Of a DNA stretch of 53,997 nt, positions 40,885 to 50,564 are shown one piece after another (the stretch's first letter is position 1; each line of letters starts with the position of its first letter). Source of the stretch: an uncultured Bacteroidota bacterium. GTDB taxonomy: Bacteria > Bacteroidota > Bacteroidia > Flavobacteriales > TMED113. The notes below the pieces were generated by a model. The model made no database searches, was not told the DNA's origin, and saw only the letters and a list, made by a program, of their open reading frames with translations. The stretch covers positions 1-53,997 of the forward strand of contig CACAKI010000004.1 of NCBI GenBank assembly GCA_902533035.1, in the 5' to 3' direction. The position numbers were made by a program, and so were the translations under genes.

Positions 40885-40958
40885 GGCCCCGTAGTTCAAC
40901 TGGATAGAATGACAGATTTCGGCTCTGTTGGTTGCAGGTTCGAGTCCTGCCGGGGTCA
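40885..40958 (+). tRNA. tRNA-Arg(TCG)
   Basis: Acceptor GGCCCCG/CGGGGTC, anticodon arm ACAGA-TT TCG GC-TCTGT, T-arm GCAGG TTCGAGT CCTGC; CCA not encoded. Confidence 0.96.
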
Positions 40959-40997
40959 CAAAAATAATTAGTTGATAAAAGTCCATGACAGTTAATA

Positions 40998-41109
40998 TTA
41001 ATTATCTCTGTCTTCAAAATCTTCTTTTTCTGATTGGGATATTTGATAATATACTAGGCACATAAAAACCACTAATAACACAACCCAAAAAAAACACACT
41101 AAAATTCAT
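40998..41109 (-). CDS. Small single-TM protein, 36 aa after removing one base from an 8-nt homopolymer
   Basis: Corrected reading MNFSVFFWVVLLVVFMCLVYYQISQSEKEDFEDRDN*; the ATG follows the ybjQ stop after 1 nt. Confidence 0.6.
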
Positions 41110-41110
41110 G

Positions 41111-41425
41111 TTAATTTATTTTAACTGCCGTTCCGTACGCCAAAATTTCAGCAGCACCTTGTGTAATGACAGATGTTGAGATTCTAACATTTATTATAGC
41201 ATCAGCTCCTAGCCTTTCTCCATCTTCTATCATTCTTTGAAGCGCCTGCTCTCTAGACTCTGCTTGTAGCTTTGTGTACTCACTTAACTCTCCCCCTATT
41301 ATATTTTTTAATCCAGCAAAAAGATCTCTTCCGATGTTTCTTGCCCTAACAGTGCTTCCTCTAGCAATGCCGAGTATTTCGACAACTTCTTTTTTAGGGA
41401 TTTTTTCAGTAGTTGATAAAATCAT
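41111..41425 (-). CDS. YbjQ (UPF0145) family protein
   Basis: RDLFAGLKNIIGGELSEY, SREQALQRM, LGADAIINVR, AYGTAV. Confidence 0.93.
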   Translation of the reverse strand: MILSTTEKIPKKEVVEILGIARGSTVRARNIGRDLFAGLKNIIGGELSEYTKLQAESREQALQRMIEDGERLGADAIINVRISTSVITQGAAEILAYGTAVKIN

Positions 41426-41454
41426 GATTATCTGAATAAGATTTAATTTTAATA

Positions 41455-41473
41455 CAAATATAAATTATATTTG
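41455..41473. promoter_or_regulatory. Back-to-back divergent -7 elements (CAAATATA-AAT-TATATTTG) for ybjQ and the CotH gene
   Basis: TATATTTG on both strands in a 52-bp intergenic gap. Confidence 0.65.
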
Positions 41474-41477
41474 CTAG

Positions 41478-44400
41478 ATGAAAAATTACCTATATATAAT
41501 ACTGCTTATTCCTTTTATTTCATTTTCACAAATTCAAATTAATGAGTTTTTAGCTGATAATGGAAGTTGTTGTTTAGATGATTTTGGTGAGCCGGAGGAT
41601 TTCGTTGAAATTATTAATCTTTCTTCGGAATCTCTTGATTTAGCTGGTTACTATTTTGGAGATTTAAATGGAGGAACAATTATAGGAGATGCAGATGCTA
41701 GTTTAACCACTGTTGCGAGTGGCGAAATTAAGGTTTTGTGGTTTGATAAGGATGTAGAACAAGGATTATTACACATTGATGCAAAATTAAATAACGGAGG
41801 AGAAAGTATTATTTGTATTAATCCTAACGGAGACACAATTATAAATATTACATATTCAGCGCAGTATGAGGATATTTCTTTTGCATCTTTTCCTGATGGC
41901 CAAATCTATGATGTGGGTTGGGATTTTTCTCTTTGTCCAACACCAGGAGAAATGAATAATTTGTGCCCTATGATAGAGGGTTGTACTAGCCCAAGTGCTG
42001 ATAATTATGATATAAACGCCAGTATAGAAAGTGGGACGTGTGTTTTTACTTCCACAGAAGGCCTTTTAATTAATGAGTATGGGGCATCAAACTGCAATAA
42101 TCAGGGAAGTAATTGTGGTGATTATGAGGATTGGATTGAATTATATAACAATACGGATTCACCTATAGATTTAAATGGCTATTATTTAAGTGATAAATTA
42201 GACAATCTAATGAAGTGGCAGTTTACAGAATCGATTGTTATTCAACCAAATAGTTTTGAAATAATATATGCCTCAGGTCGAAACCTAATGTATGGTAATG
42301 GGCAATATGGTGATGCGCCACACACCAACTTTAAATTATCACAAACACAATATAATGAGCATATAATATTATGTAATCCAGATGGAGAATTATTATCATA
42401 TTTTAATTTAACATCAAACCAATTAAATCACTCAAAAGGAAGGGTTTTAGATGGTTCTGTTGATTGGGGTATTTTTGACACACCTACTCCTGGAGAATCT
42501 AACCAGAATAGTAGTGTTGGGTATGCTTCTTTGCCAGAGTTTAATTTAAGTCCAGGGTTTTATGATGGGCAATTAGAACTTTTGATTTCTACCCAGGATA
42601 CAGGCGTTTTGATTTACTATACAACAAATGGAGATTGGCCTAATGATGGTGATCAGTTATTTGCTGATATAGCTTTTGATGGCACAATATCACAGGGGGG
42701 TGATCCAATTATTATTGATGAGACTACAGTTGTTCGTGCTATTGTATATGATAAGCTTAATCAAAATTTACCCAGCTTTGTAGAAACAAATACATACTTT
42801 ATCGATTCCCCACACACCGTAAGTGTAATTTCTATTTCAGGGGACCAGGTAGATAATTTATTAAATGGAAATCAAATTAAACCTATGGGTTCATTTGAGA
42901 TTTTTGACAATCAAGGTGTTTTAATGGATGAGGCAACAGGAGAATTTAATGAGCATGGAAATGATTCTTGGGCTTATCCACAAAGAGGATTTGATTATAT
43001 TACAAGGGATCAGCACGGGTATAATTATGCAATTAGAAATGAATTATTCAGAATAAAAGATAGAGAAGAATATCAAAGGTTGATAATTAAGGCAGCTGCT
43101 AATGATAATTATCCATTTACTTGGGGTGCGCCCGCCCACATAAGAGATCAATACATTCAGTCACTTTCTCAAGTTGGGGATTTAAGATTAGATGAGCGTT
43201 CTCATGAGTCTTGTATTGTATATGTAAATGGGGATTATTGGGGGGTTTATGATATGAGGGAAAAGGTGGATGATTTAGATTTCACAGAGTACTATTATGA
43301 TCAGGGTTACGGAAATGTAGATTTTTTAAAAACTTGGGGCGGAACCTGGACTGATATAGGAGATAACACTACGCAACAAGAATGGAATACGCTGAGAGAT
43401 TTTATAGTTGATAATGACATGACCGACCCGGATAATTATCAATATGTAAAAAGTGTATATAATACAGGTAGCTTAATAGATTATTTTATATTAAACTCTT
43501 ATGTTGTTTGCATGGATTGGTTGAATTGGAACACCGCTTGGTGGAGAGGTAAAAATCCAGATGGAGATAAAAAGAAGTGGAGGTATGCTCTTTGGGATAT
43601 GGATGCTACTTTTGGTCATTATGTTAATTATACTGGAATTCCTGAAACTGGACCAGAGGCAGACCCTTGTGATCCAGAGGGTCTTGGGGATCCTGGTGGG
43701 CAAGGCCATGTTCCAATTTTAAATTCTTTATTTGAAAATGAAGAATTTACTGCTGATTATATAAATAGATATGCTGATTTGTCAAATAGTACATTTTCGT
43801 GTGATTTTATGATTTCACATTTAGATAGTTTAATTTCTATTATTGAGCCAGAAATGCCCCAGCAAGTTGAAAGATGGGGTGGTAATATACAGGAGTGGGA
43901 AGATAATGTCCAAGAATTACGCGATTACATTTTAACTAGATGTTCTGATGTTATTGTTAGCGGTATGGAGGACTGTTATGATGTTGAAGCGATTAACTTA
44001 AATGTTATTATAGAAGGTGAGGGTGATGTTCAGATTAATAGCATTGATTTAAATCCAACCAACACCCCTTGGGCAGGAACGTATTATTCAGGCGTTCCTA
44101 TTGAAATAGAGGCAATTCCATATGAATTGGTGAATTTTTACTGGGAAATTATAGATGGGGACGCCCTAATAGATAATGTGACTGATTTAGAGACAACTCT
44201 TTCTATGGTTTCGGGCCCAGTAACACTAGTTGCTAATTTTGATGCTTGCGCTTTAATTGAATCGGATTTGATTATAGGGCCAACTGAAGTTGAGGAGGGT
44301 GAAATATCACAATATAGTTTTTTTGGTGGTGAGCAAAATGAATTAGAGTGGGAAGTTAATGGTGGGGAGATTTTGTGGACATCAGGTTTTGATAACGTTA

Positions 44401-44789
44401 TTGCTGTTCAGTGGGATTATGGGGTTGTTGAGGGGACTGTTATTATTGGTGTTGGTAATGAGGAAGGAGGGATAACATGCTATACAACTACTATTATTAT
44501 TAATGAGGCTGATCCTATAACTGATTTAGATAGCTTTGATAATGAATTGTTAGCCATTTTTCCTAATCCTTTTTCAAATAACTTAAACATTGTTTGTGGC
44601 GATCAAGTTTCCTCATTTGTTTTAATTGATCAATTAGGTAAAATTGTTCATGAGTTAATTAGTCCGGTAAAGCCAGCAGGGGATTTAACCCCACACGTTT
44701 TGAATGTTGATTTTTTAAACCCAGGTATTTATTTCTTATTTATTAATACTACCAAGGGGGTTAGGGTAAGGACCATTAAAAAAATGTAA
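41478..44789 (+). CDS. T9SS-secreted CotH-kinase family protein (2x lamin-tail-like, GCT Cys repeat, FN3/chitobiase-like, CotH, CTD)
   Basis: INEFLA..DFVEI and INEY..DWIELYN; IYYTTNG; VYVNGDYWGVYDMREK; DWLNWN..W; WRYALWDMD; CTD IFPNPF...GIYFL. Confidence 0.88.
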   Translation: MKNYLYIILLIPFISFSQIQINEFLADNGSCCLDDFGEPEDFVEIINLSSESLDLAGYYFGDLNGGTIIGDADASLTTVASGEIKVLWFDKDVEQGLLHIDAKLNNGGESIICINPNGDTIINITYSAQYEDISFASFPDGQIYDVGWDFSLCPTPGEMNNLCPMIEGCTSPSADNYDINASIESGTCVFTSTEGLLINEYGASNCNNQGSNCGDYEDWIELYNNTDSPIDLNGYYLSDKLDNLMKWQFTESIVIQPNSFEIIYASGRNLMYGNGQYGDAPHTNFKLSQTQYNEHIILCNPDGELLSYFNLTSNQLNHSKGRVLDGSVDWGIFDTPTPGESNQNSSVGYASLPEFNLSPGFYDGQLELLISTQDTGVLIYYTTNGDWPNDGDQLFADIAFDGTISQGGDPIIIDETTVVRAIVYDKLNQNLPSFVETNTYFIDSPHTVSVISISGDQVDNLLNGNQIKPMGSFEIFDNQGVLMDEATGEFNEHGNDSWAYPQRGFDYITRDQHGYNYAIRNELFRIKDREEYQRLIIKAAANDNYPFTWGAPAHIRDQYIQSLSQVGDLRLDERSHESCIVYVNGDYWGVYDMREKVDDLDFTEYYYDQGYGNVDFLKTWGGTWTDIGDNTTQQEWNTLRDFIVDNDMTDPDNYQYVKSVYNTGSLIDYFILNSYVVCMDWLNWNTAWWRGKNPDGDKKKWRYALWDMDATFGHYVNYTGIPETGPEADPCDPEGLGDPGGQGHVPILNSLFENEEFTADYINRYADLSNSTFSCDFMISHLDSLISIIEPEMPQQVERWGGNIQEWEDNVQELRDYILTRCSDVIVSGMEDCYDVEAINLNVIIEGEGDVQINSIDLNPTNTPWAGTYYSGVPIEIEAIPYELVNFYWEIIDGDALIDNVTDLETTLSMVSGPVTLVANFDACALIESDLIIGPTEVEEGEISQYSFFGGEQNELEWEVNGGEILWTSGFDNVIAVQWDYGVVEGTVIIGVGNEEGGITCYTTTIIINEADPITDLDSFDNELLAIFPNPFSNNLNIVCGDQVSSFVLIDQLGKIVHELISPVKPAGDLTPHVLNVDFLNPGIYFLFINTTKGVRVRTIKKM

Positions 44790-44815
44790 AACACTATAAA
44801 CCAAGTAGTTATAAT

Positions 44816-44831
44816 TGTTCCACGTGGAACA
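44816..44831. other. parS chromosome-partitioning site (TGTTCCACGTGGAACA)
   Basis: Perfect 16-bp palindrome matching the parS consensus; extends to a 26-bp palindrome (44811-44836) overlapping the mnmG stop. Confidence 0.9.
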
Positions 44832-44832
44832 A

Positions 44833-46710
44833 TTATCTTCCTAAGTGAACTAAAAGAACATTTATGTCTGAGGGGGACACTCCTGATATTCTAGAGGCCT
44901 GGCCTATTGTTTCTGGTTTTTGTTTTTTGAGTTTTTGCCTTCCTTCTGAGGATATTGAAAGAAGTTTTTCATATTTAAAATTTTTCGGCAACTTAATGTT
45001 TTCTAATCTGGTTAGTTTTTCTGCGTTAACCTTTTCTTTTTCTATGTAGCCTTTATATTTTGTGTTGATTTCAAATTGCTCAAGCGCCTCAGTATTTTTT
45101 CCATTTTTTTGAAAAAATGATTTAAAAAAATCTGTTTTTTCAAGGTCTTTTATTTGGATTTGAGGCCTGGATAATATTTTCTCTATTTTGACTTTTTGTG
45201 ATATTTTAGATGCGTTATTTCTCTCTAATATTTTATTTATTTCTTGTGGTGTAAATGATGATGATTTAATTAAAGTCTGGAGCTGATCGATGTATCTTTT
45301 TTTTTTCGTTAAGCTTTTTTATTCGTTTATTTGTTGCTAATCCTAGGGATTCGGCAATTGGGGTGAGTCGCATGTCGGCATTATCTTGCCTAAGTATAAT
45401 TCTAAATTCAGCTCGAGATGTAAACATTCGATACGGCTCTTCTGTTCCTTTTGTTATTAGGTCATCTATTAAAACGCCGATATAAGATTCGTTTCTTTTA
45501 AAGATGATAGGGTCTTTTTTGTCTATAGATAAAGCCGCGTTTATACCAGCCATTAAGCCTTGGCAAGCCGCTTCTTCATAGCCGGTTGTTCCATTAATTT
45601 GCCCCGCAAAGTATAGATTTTTAATTAATTTTGTTTCTAAACTATGTTTTAATTGTGTTGGTGGGAAGTAATCATATTCTATAGCATATCCCGGTCTAAA
45701 CATTTTTACATTTTCTAGCCCTGGTATTTTTGTTAAAGCTTTATATTGTATTTCCTCTGGTAATGAGGTAGAGAATCCATTCACATAAATTTCACAGGTG
45801 TTCCAACCCTCTGGTTCAATAAAAATCTGATGCCTTTCCTTTTCTTTAAATCTTGTGATTTTATCTTCTATTGAAGGGCAGTACCGTGGCCCTGTTGCGG
45901 TTATTCTTCCTTGAAACATTGGTGATTTTTCAAATCCTTCTCCAAGAATTTTGTGTACTTTTTTGTTTGTATGGCAAATAAAGCAAGGTTTTTGTTCTTT
46001 TATTGAAAGCTGACTTAAAAAACTAAAATTCCCAGCGTTAGCGTCTCCGGTATCTTCTTCAAGTAAATTATAATTTATTGTCCTACCATCTATTCTTGGG
46101 GGTGTTCCCGTTTTCATTCTTCCTAATTTAAATCCGGCTTTTTGTAAAAAGCCGCTAAGACCAATAGATGATCGTTCGCCAGTCCTCCCCCCTTTAAAGT
46201 TTTTTTCTCCAATATGTATTTTTCCATTTAAAAATGTTCCGTTTGTTAGAACAACGTTCTTTCCCTTTATATTTAATCCGAGCATTGTTTTGACCCCTTT
46301 TACGGTTTTATTTTTGACGATTAATTCAATTACCATGTCTTGCCAAAAATCAATATTATGATTATTTTCTAATAATAATCTCCATTCTTCAGCAAATCGC
46401 ATTCTATCATTTTGTGATCTTGGGCTCCACATGGCGGGCCCCTTTGATTTATTTAACATTTTAAATTGTATCATGGTTTTGTCAGTGATAATTCCAGAGC
46501 CCCCGCCAAGAGCATCTATCTCCCTGATTATCTGACCTTTAGCGACCCCGCCCATTGCTGGATTACAGGACATTTGGGCTATTGTTTGCATGTTCATGGT
46601 TACCAGAAGACATTTTTTTTCCAAGATTAGCAGCCGCTAGAACAGCTTCACATCCGGCGTGCCCACCGCCAACCACGATAAGATCATAATTAGTTTTAAA
46701 AAATACTCAT
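44833..46710 (-). CDS. mnmG: tRNA U34 5-carboxymethylaminomethyl modification enzyme MnmG/GidA, with three apparent +1 homopolymer frameshifts
   Basis: [15 protein letters not shown] upstream of the called ORF; [34 protein letters not shown]; C-terminus [13 protein letters not shown]...LGR* in another frame. Shifts at 46698-46703, 46613-46620 and 45297-45306. Confidence 0.95.
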
Positions 46711-47123
46711 ATAAGAAGTGTTAAAAATTCATTTTCAAGTTTTCGCATTATTTTTTGATCTTCTTTTTTTTTGTCTTTATATCCCATTAGATGTAAGGCT
46801 CCATGAATTATAACTCTTCCGAGCTCTTCTTTAAATTTAACTTTATATAATTTTGCGTTTTCTCTCACTCTTTCTATACTAATAAAAACATCTCCAGTAA
46901 GTTTTTTTGTGGTAGAATAATCAAAAGTTATTACATCTGTTAAATCTTGATGATTTAGAAATTTAATATTTAGTTTTTGTAAAAAATTATCAGAACAAAA
47001 AACAAAACAAATATAATTAACCTCTTTTCTTTTCTTTTTTATAAAGTCACGGATTTTATATTTAGGCGGTAGGTTTCTTCTAGAAAAACAAACATCTTCA
47101 GATACATATTTAATAATATTCAT
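46707..47123 (-). CDS. ybeY: rRNA maturation RNase YbeY
   Basis: TDVITFDY, GDVFIS, HGALHLMGYKD. Confidence 0.95.
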   Translation of the reverse strand: MNIIKYVSEDVCFSRRNLPPKYKIRDFIKKKRKEVNYICFVFCSDNFLQKLNIKFLNHQDLTDVITFDYSTTKKLTGDVFISIERVRENAKLYKVKFKEELGRVIIHGALHLMGYKDKKKEDQKIMRKLENEFLTLLI

Positions 47124-50100
47124 TTATAGATCTTCTTTTATTAAGTTGTTAAAATACTCATTTACTTTTTCTTTATAATAATTAGTTAATGAGGGGGGTG
47201 TGGTTTTTAAGAGTTCTTTTTGGTAGGATTTTAACAACTCATATTTTAACATTATATTTTTTTCGTCTCGGTCGTCATTAACTCCTTGTATAGACTCCCT
47301 TTCTTCAGATTCACCTTGTTCTCTTAGCGCTTCATCAAGTTCAAGTAATTGATTTACAATTTGTTTTTGTCTTGTTAAAGTTTCAAAAGTTATTTTTTTA
47401 TTAACAATATCTTGCTCTGTTTTTTCCATTTTTTCTAATATCTCCTTTAATGTTTTATTGTCTTCCGAATTCTCTAGATTTCCTTCAAATTCTTTTAAAG
47501 CTAGTCGAATTTTTTCTTGTTTAGCGAGCATTTCAACCAAATCTTTAGAAAACCCTTCATCTGATGGTGTTTGATTTTCTCCTTTTCTCATGTTTTCCAT
47601 GTGCTCTTGTAACTCTTGTTGCATTTTTTTTAAATCCCCCGGTTTAGGCTTTCCATTACCTGGTTTTTGACATTCCTGGGAACTAGGGAGTTCTGAAGAA
47701 AGTTCTTTTTGTATTTGTTCTAATACATCACCAAGCAGTACAGCTAAATTATTTGCTGCTGTCATGATGTACTGTTGTTTGGCTGTGCCTTTAAAAGTTT
47801 CACGTTCCCTGAAATAATCAATAGCTTCATTTGTTTTTTCTTGTATTACATTTATTTCCCTATTTATTATAGCTGATATTTGTGGAATTCTTTTGCTCAA
47901 AGAAAACAAAGAATCTTCAATTATTCGCGCATCATTTCGAAGGTCTCCTTGTTTATGCATTAAGTCTACATATTGTGGGTCGTTTTTATCTAAAGCACTC
48001 ATTTCCAACATAAGCAGCTCTTCTGATTTAGAAAAGAAAATTAGATTTTCTAAAATCTGTCGCAACGTTTCAATGTTTTCTATTTGTTGTTCAATAGATT
48101 CTTCTTTTTGTTGTGATTTTAATTTTTCTTCTAAATGAGATAGTTTTTCAGAAGAAAATTTTTGAGATTTGGAAGCTTGTCTTTTTTTGTTCTTTTGTAA
48201 TTGATTTAAACTATTTTGCATTGCATCTTCAATATTCTTTTCTAATTCGGTGGTTTCTATTGTGTTATTGTTATTTAGCTCTTCCTTAAGTTTTTTTAAC
48301 TTATTTAGTTTTTCTTTTAACTTTTGGAATTCATCAATGTTTTCTATTTGTTGTTTTTGAATACTATCAAGGTTAGCATTCTTTTTTATTGACTCGTTTG
48401 ATAATTTTTCTTCTTTCTTTTTCAAGTCGACTAGGTCATTAAGAATTTCTTCTAATTTTTGATCAAATTCAAATTGCTTTAACAATTCTAAATTTCTGTC
48501 TAATTCTTTTTCAACATCTTCATTAGACAGTTTAAGTTGTTCAATTTTTTCTTGTAATTCCTTTTTGTTTATATCTTCCATAGAGTTTTCCAATTCTTTA
48601 AATAACTCTTTCATTTCCTTAGGCATAATTTCTTGAAATAGTTTTTGTAATTCCCGTTGTTTTTTTAATAATTGTTCGCTTAATGTTTCAACTTCATTTC
48701 GTGCCTTTTGGTTATTGGAAATTTTATTTTCCAATTTTTCCAAAGACTCTTCTAAAGATTCATAATTTTCCAATAGGTTTTTAATTTTTTCTTTTACCTT
48801 CCAATCTAAAACCTCTTCGTCAATAATTGTTTTTTCAAGATTCTTAATTTCTTCTGAAAGATTCTTTAAAGCATTGAGTTGCTCTTCCAGCTCAGTCTCT
48901 ACTTCTGTATTTGTCTCATCAATAGTATTTAACATTTCTTCTTTTGTAGGGTTTTTAAAAACCATAAGACTACTTTTAGATTTTTTATAATTATTGACTC
49001 TATCATTATCATAAATCGTAAAAAAATATTCTAATGTTCCGCCTGCTTGTATAGGTAATTCACTTATGTTTAATAACTTAAAAAAAGCCTGATTAGAAGA
49101 TCTATAGTTAATCTTTATATTTTCAGTTATAATTGTGTCAGTTTCTGGATTTTTAATTTTCATTGTAAACAATAAATTTGAAAAACCATAATCATCCCTA
49201 ATAACACCTTTAATTAATTTTTGTTTTGAGTTCATGGTGTCCGCAATTTCTTCGACAGAAATCGAAGGAAAATCATCTTTAATTATATTGATGTTATAGT
49301 GAAGAGAATCTTTAAAAGCTAAAAACTCATTAGCCGTACTTATAGAATAGTTACTGGATTCGAATAGTTGTTTTTTTATTGAGCTATATTCAGTCGAATC
49401 AGGCTTCAACGTAAATGTAGAGTCATTCAAAATAAAAGCTATTTCTCTACTATTTTTTGTTTTGAATTCCCAGTTTATAACACTTCCTTCGGGCGCCTTT
49501 AGAACACCAATGTTTTCATACTTTTTAACACTAATTCCAGTGTGTTTTGGTGAATAAACAACTACATTCATTTTATGCAATATCGGTGTCGGCAAGATGA
49601 TAAGGGTATATTTTTTAGAATAAATTTCATTATGAAATAATTTGAATACAGTATTTTTCCCCACAGATTTAAAATTATAACTAAATGTGTTTTTACTCAT
49701 TTTAGTCATTTTAAAGTCTTGACTGTCATAGTTAATATAAAGCTCTTTCGGGGGGTTGTCACCAAACACACGGACCTTTAAATTAAAAGGATCTTTCTCT
49801 AGAGTTTCTAATTTTTTATTTTGTATTTCAAAATAAAAAGGAGCGGGTGGCTCAAAATAAGTATTATAATTGATTAATCTATTTGAAGCTTGTGAAATGA
49901 GGTTTGTGTTCCCGGAGAAAAAAATTATTAATATTATTAAAACAGGAAATAAAGAAATTTTCAAGTAATTAATTGTCGTTTTCCAATCAATAGCGTTTTG
50001 AAATGAGAAGGATTTAATTTCTTGATATTTTTTTTTGATACTTGCGTGGATTAACTCTTTAGAAGAGGCTTCGATTTCATTAAGCTGTAAAATATTAATC

Positions 50101-50429
50101 AATTTATCTTCTATTTCAGGAAAGTGTTTTCCAATTAGTTTAGCGACACGGTGCTTTTCTTGTTTCGTTTTGATAGTTCGGTATAAATTTAAAATAGGAA
50201 TACCAATAAGTTTACCGATTAAGATTAACATGATACATAAATATGTCCAAAAGATAAACTTTCTAAAAAATGAATTTAAGAAGGCAAAATATTCAATCAA
50301 GCAAATTGCAATAAAAAAAATGACAAGGATAGTGGCACATGATAATATTCCTCTCAAAATCAAATTTCTATAATATAATTTTGAGAATTGCACCAATCTA
50401 CGTGTTACATTATCAAAAGATTTACTCAT
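47124..50429 (-). CDS. DUF4175-like membrane-anchored long coiled-coil protein
   Basis: N-terminal TM segments, PPAPF, DDYG, DND.VN..K, Q/E/K-rich coils, C-terminal YYKEKVNEYF; upstream of ybeY. Confidence 0.72.
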   Translation of the reverse strand: MSKSFDNVTRRLVQFSKLYYRNLILRGILSCATILVIFFIAICLIEYFAFLNSFFRKFIFWTYLCIMLILIGKLIGIPILNLYRTIKTKQEKHRVAKLIGKHFPEIEDKLINILQLNEIEASSKELIHASIKKKYQEIKSFSFQNAIDWKTTINYLKISLFPVLIILIIFFSGNTNLISQASNRLINYNTYFEPPAPFYFEIQNKKLETLEKDPFNLKVRVFGDNPPKELYINYDSQDFKMTKMSKNTFSYNFKSVGKNTVFKLFHNEIYSKKYTLIILPTPILHKMNVVVYSPKHTGISVKKYENIGVLKAPEGSVINWEFKTKNSREIAFILNDSTFTLKPDSTEYSSIKKQLFESSNYSISTANEFLAFKDSLHYNINIIKDDFPSISVEEIADTMNSKQKLIKGVIRDDYGFSNLLFTMKIKNPETDTIITENIKINYRSSNQAFFKLLNISELPIQAGGTLEYFFTIYDNDRVNNYKKSKSSLMVFKNPTKEEMLNTIDETNTEVETELEEQLNALKNLSEEIKNLEKTIIDEEVLDWKVKEKIKNLLENYESLEESLEKLENKISNNQKARNEVETLSEQLLKKQRELQKLFQEIMPKEMKELFKELENSMEDINKKELQEKIEQLKLSNEDVEKELDRNLELLKQFEFDQKLEEILNDLVDLKKKEEKLSNESIKKNANLDSIQKQQIENIDEFQKLKEKLNKLKKLKEELNNNNTIETTELEKNIEDAMQNSLNQLQKNKKRQASKSQKFSSEKLSHLEEKLKSQQKEESIEQQIENIETLRQILENLIFFSKSEELLMLEMSALDKNDPQYVDLMHKQGDLRNDARIIEDSLFSLSKRIPQISAIINREINVIQEKTNEAIDYFRERETFKGTAKQQYIMTAANNLAVLLGDVLEQIQKELSSELPSSQECQKPGNGKPKPGDLKKMQQELQEHMENMRKGENQTPSDEGFSKDLVEMLAKQEKIRLALKEFEGNLENSEDNKTLKEILEKMEKTEQDIVNKKITFETLTRQKQIVNQLLELDEALREQGESEERESIQGVNDDRDEKNIMLKYELLKSYQKELLKTTPPSLTNYYKEKVNEYFNNLIKEDL

Positions 50430-50536
50430 AGTATAAAATTAATAATATTAACTGTTCTATAACAGAACTTAATAGTAATTTAAATTATTACAAATTCTTT
50501 TTCTATTTAAGAACTCCTATAAATACAATTTAAACT

Positions 50537-50544
50537 TATATTTG
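50537..50544 (+). promoter_or_regulatory. -7 promoter element for gltX
   Basis: TATATTTG ends 20 nt upstream of ATG 50565. Confidence 0.6.
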
Positions 50545-50564
50545 CTTTGGGTTATTTTATAGTT

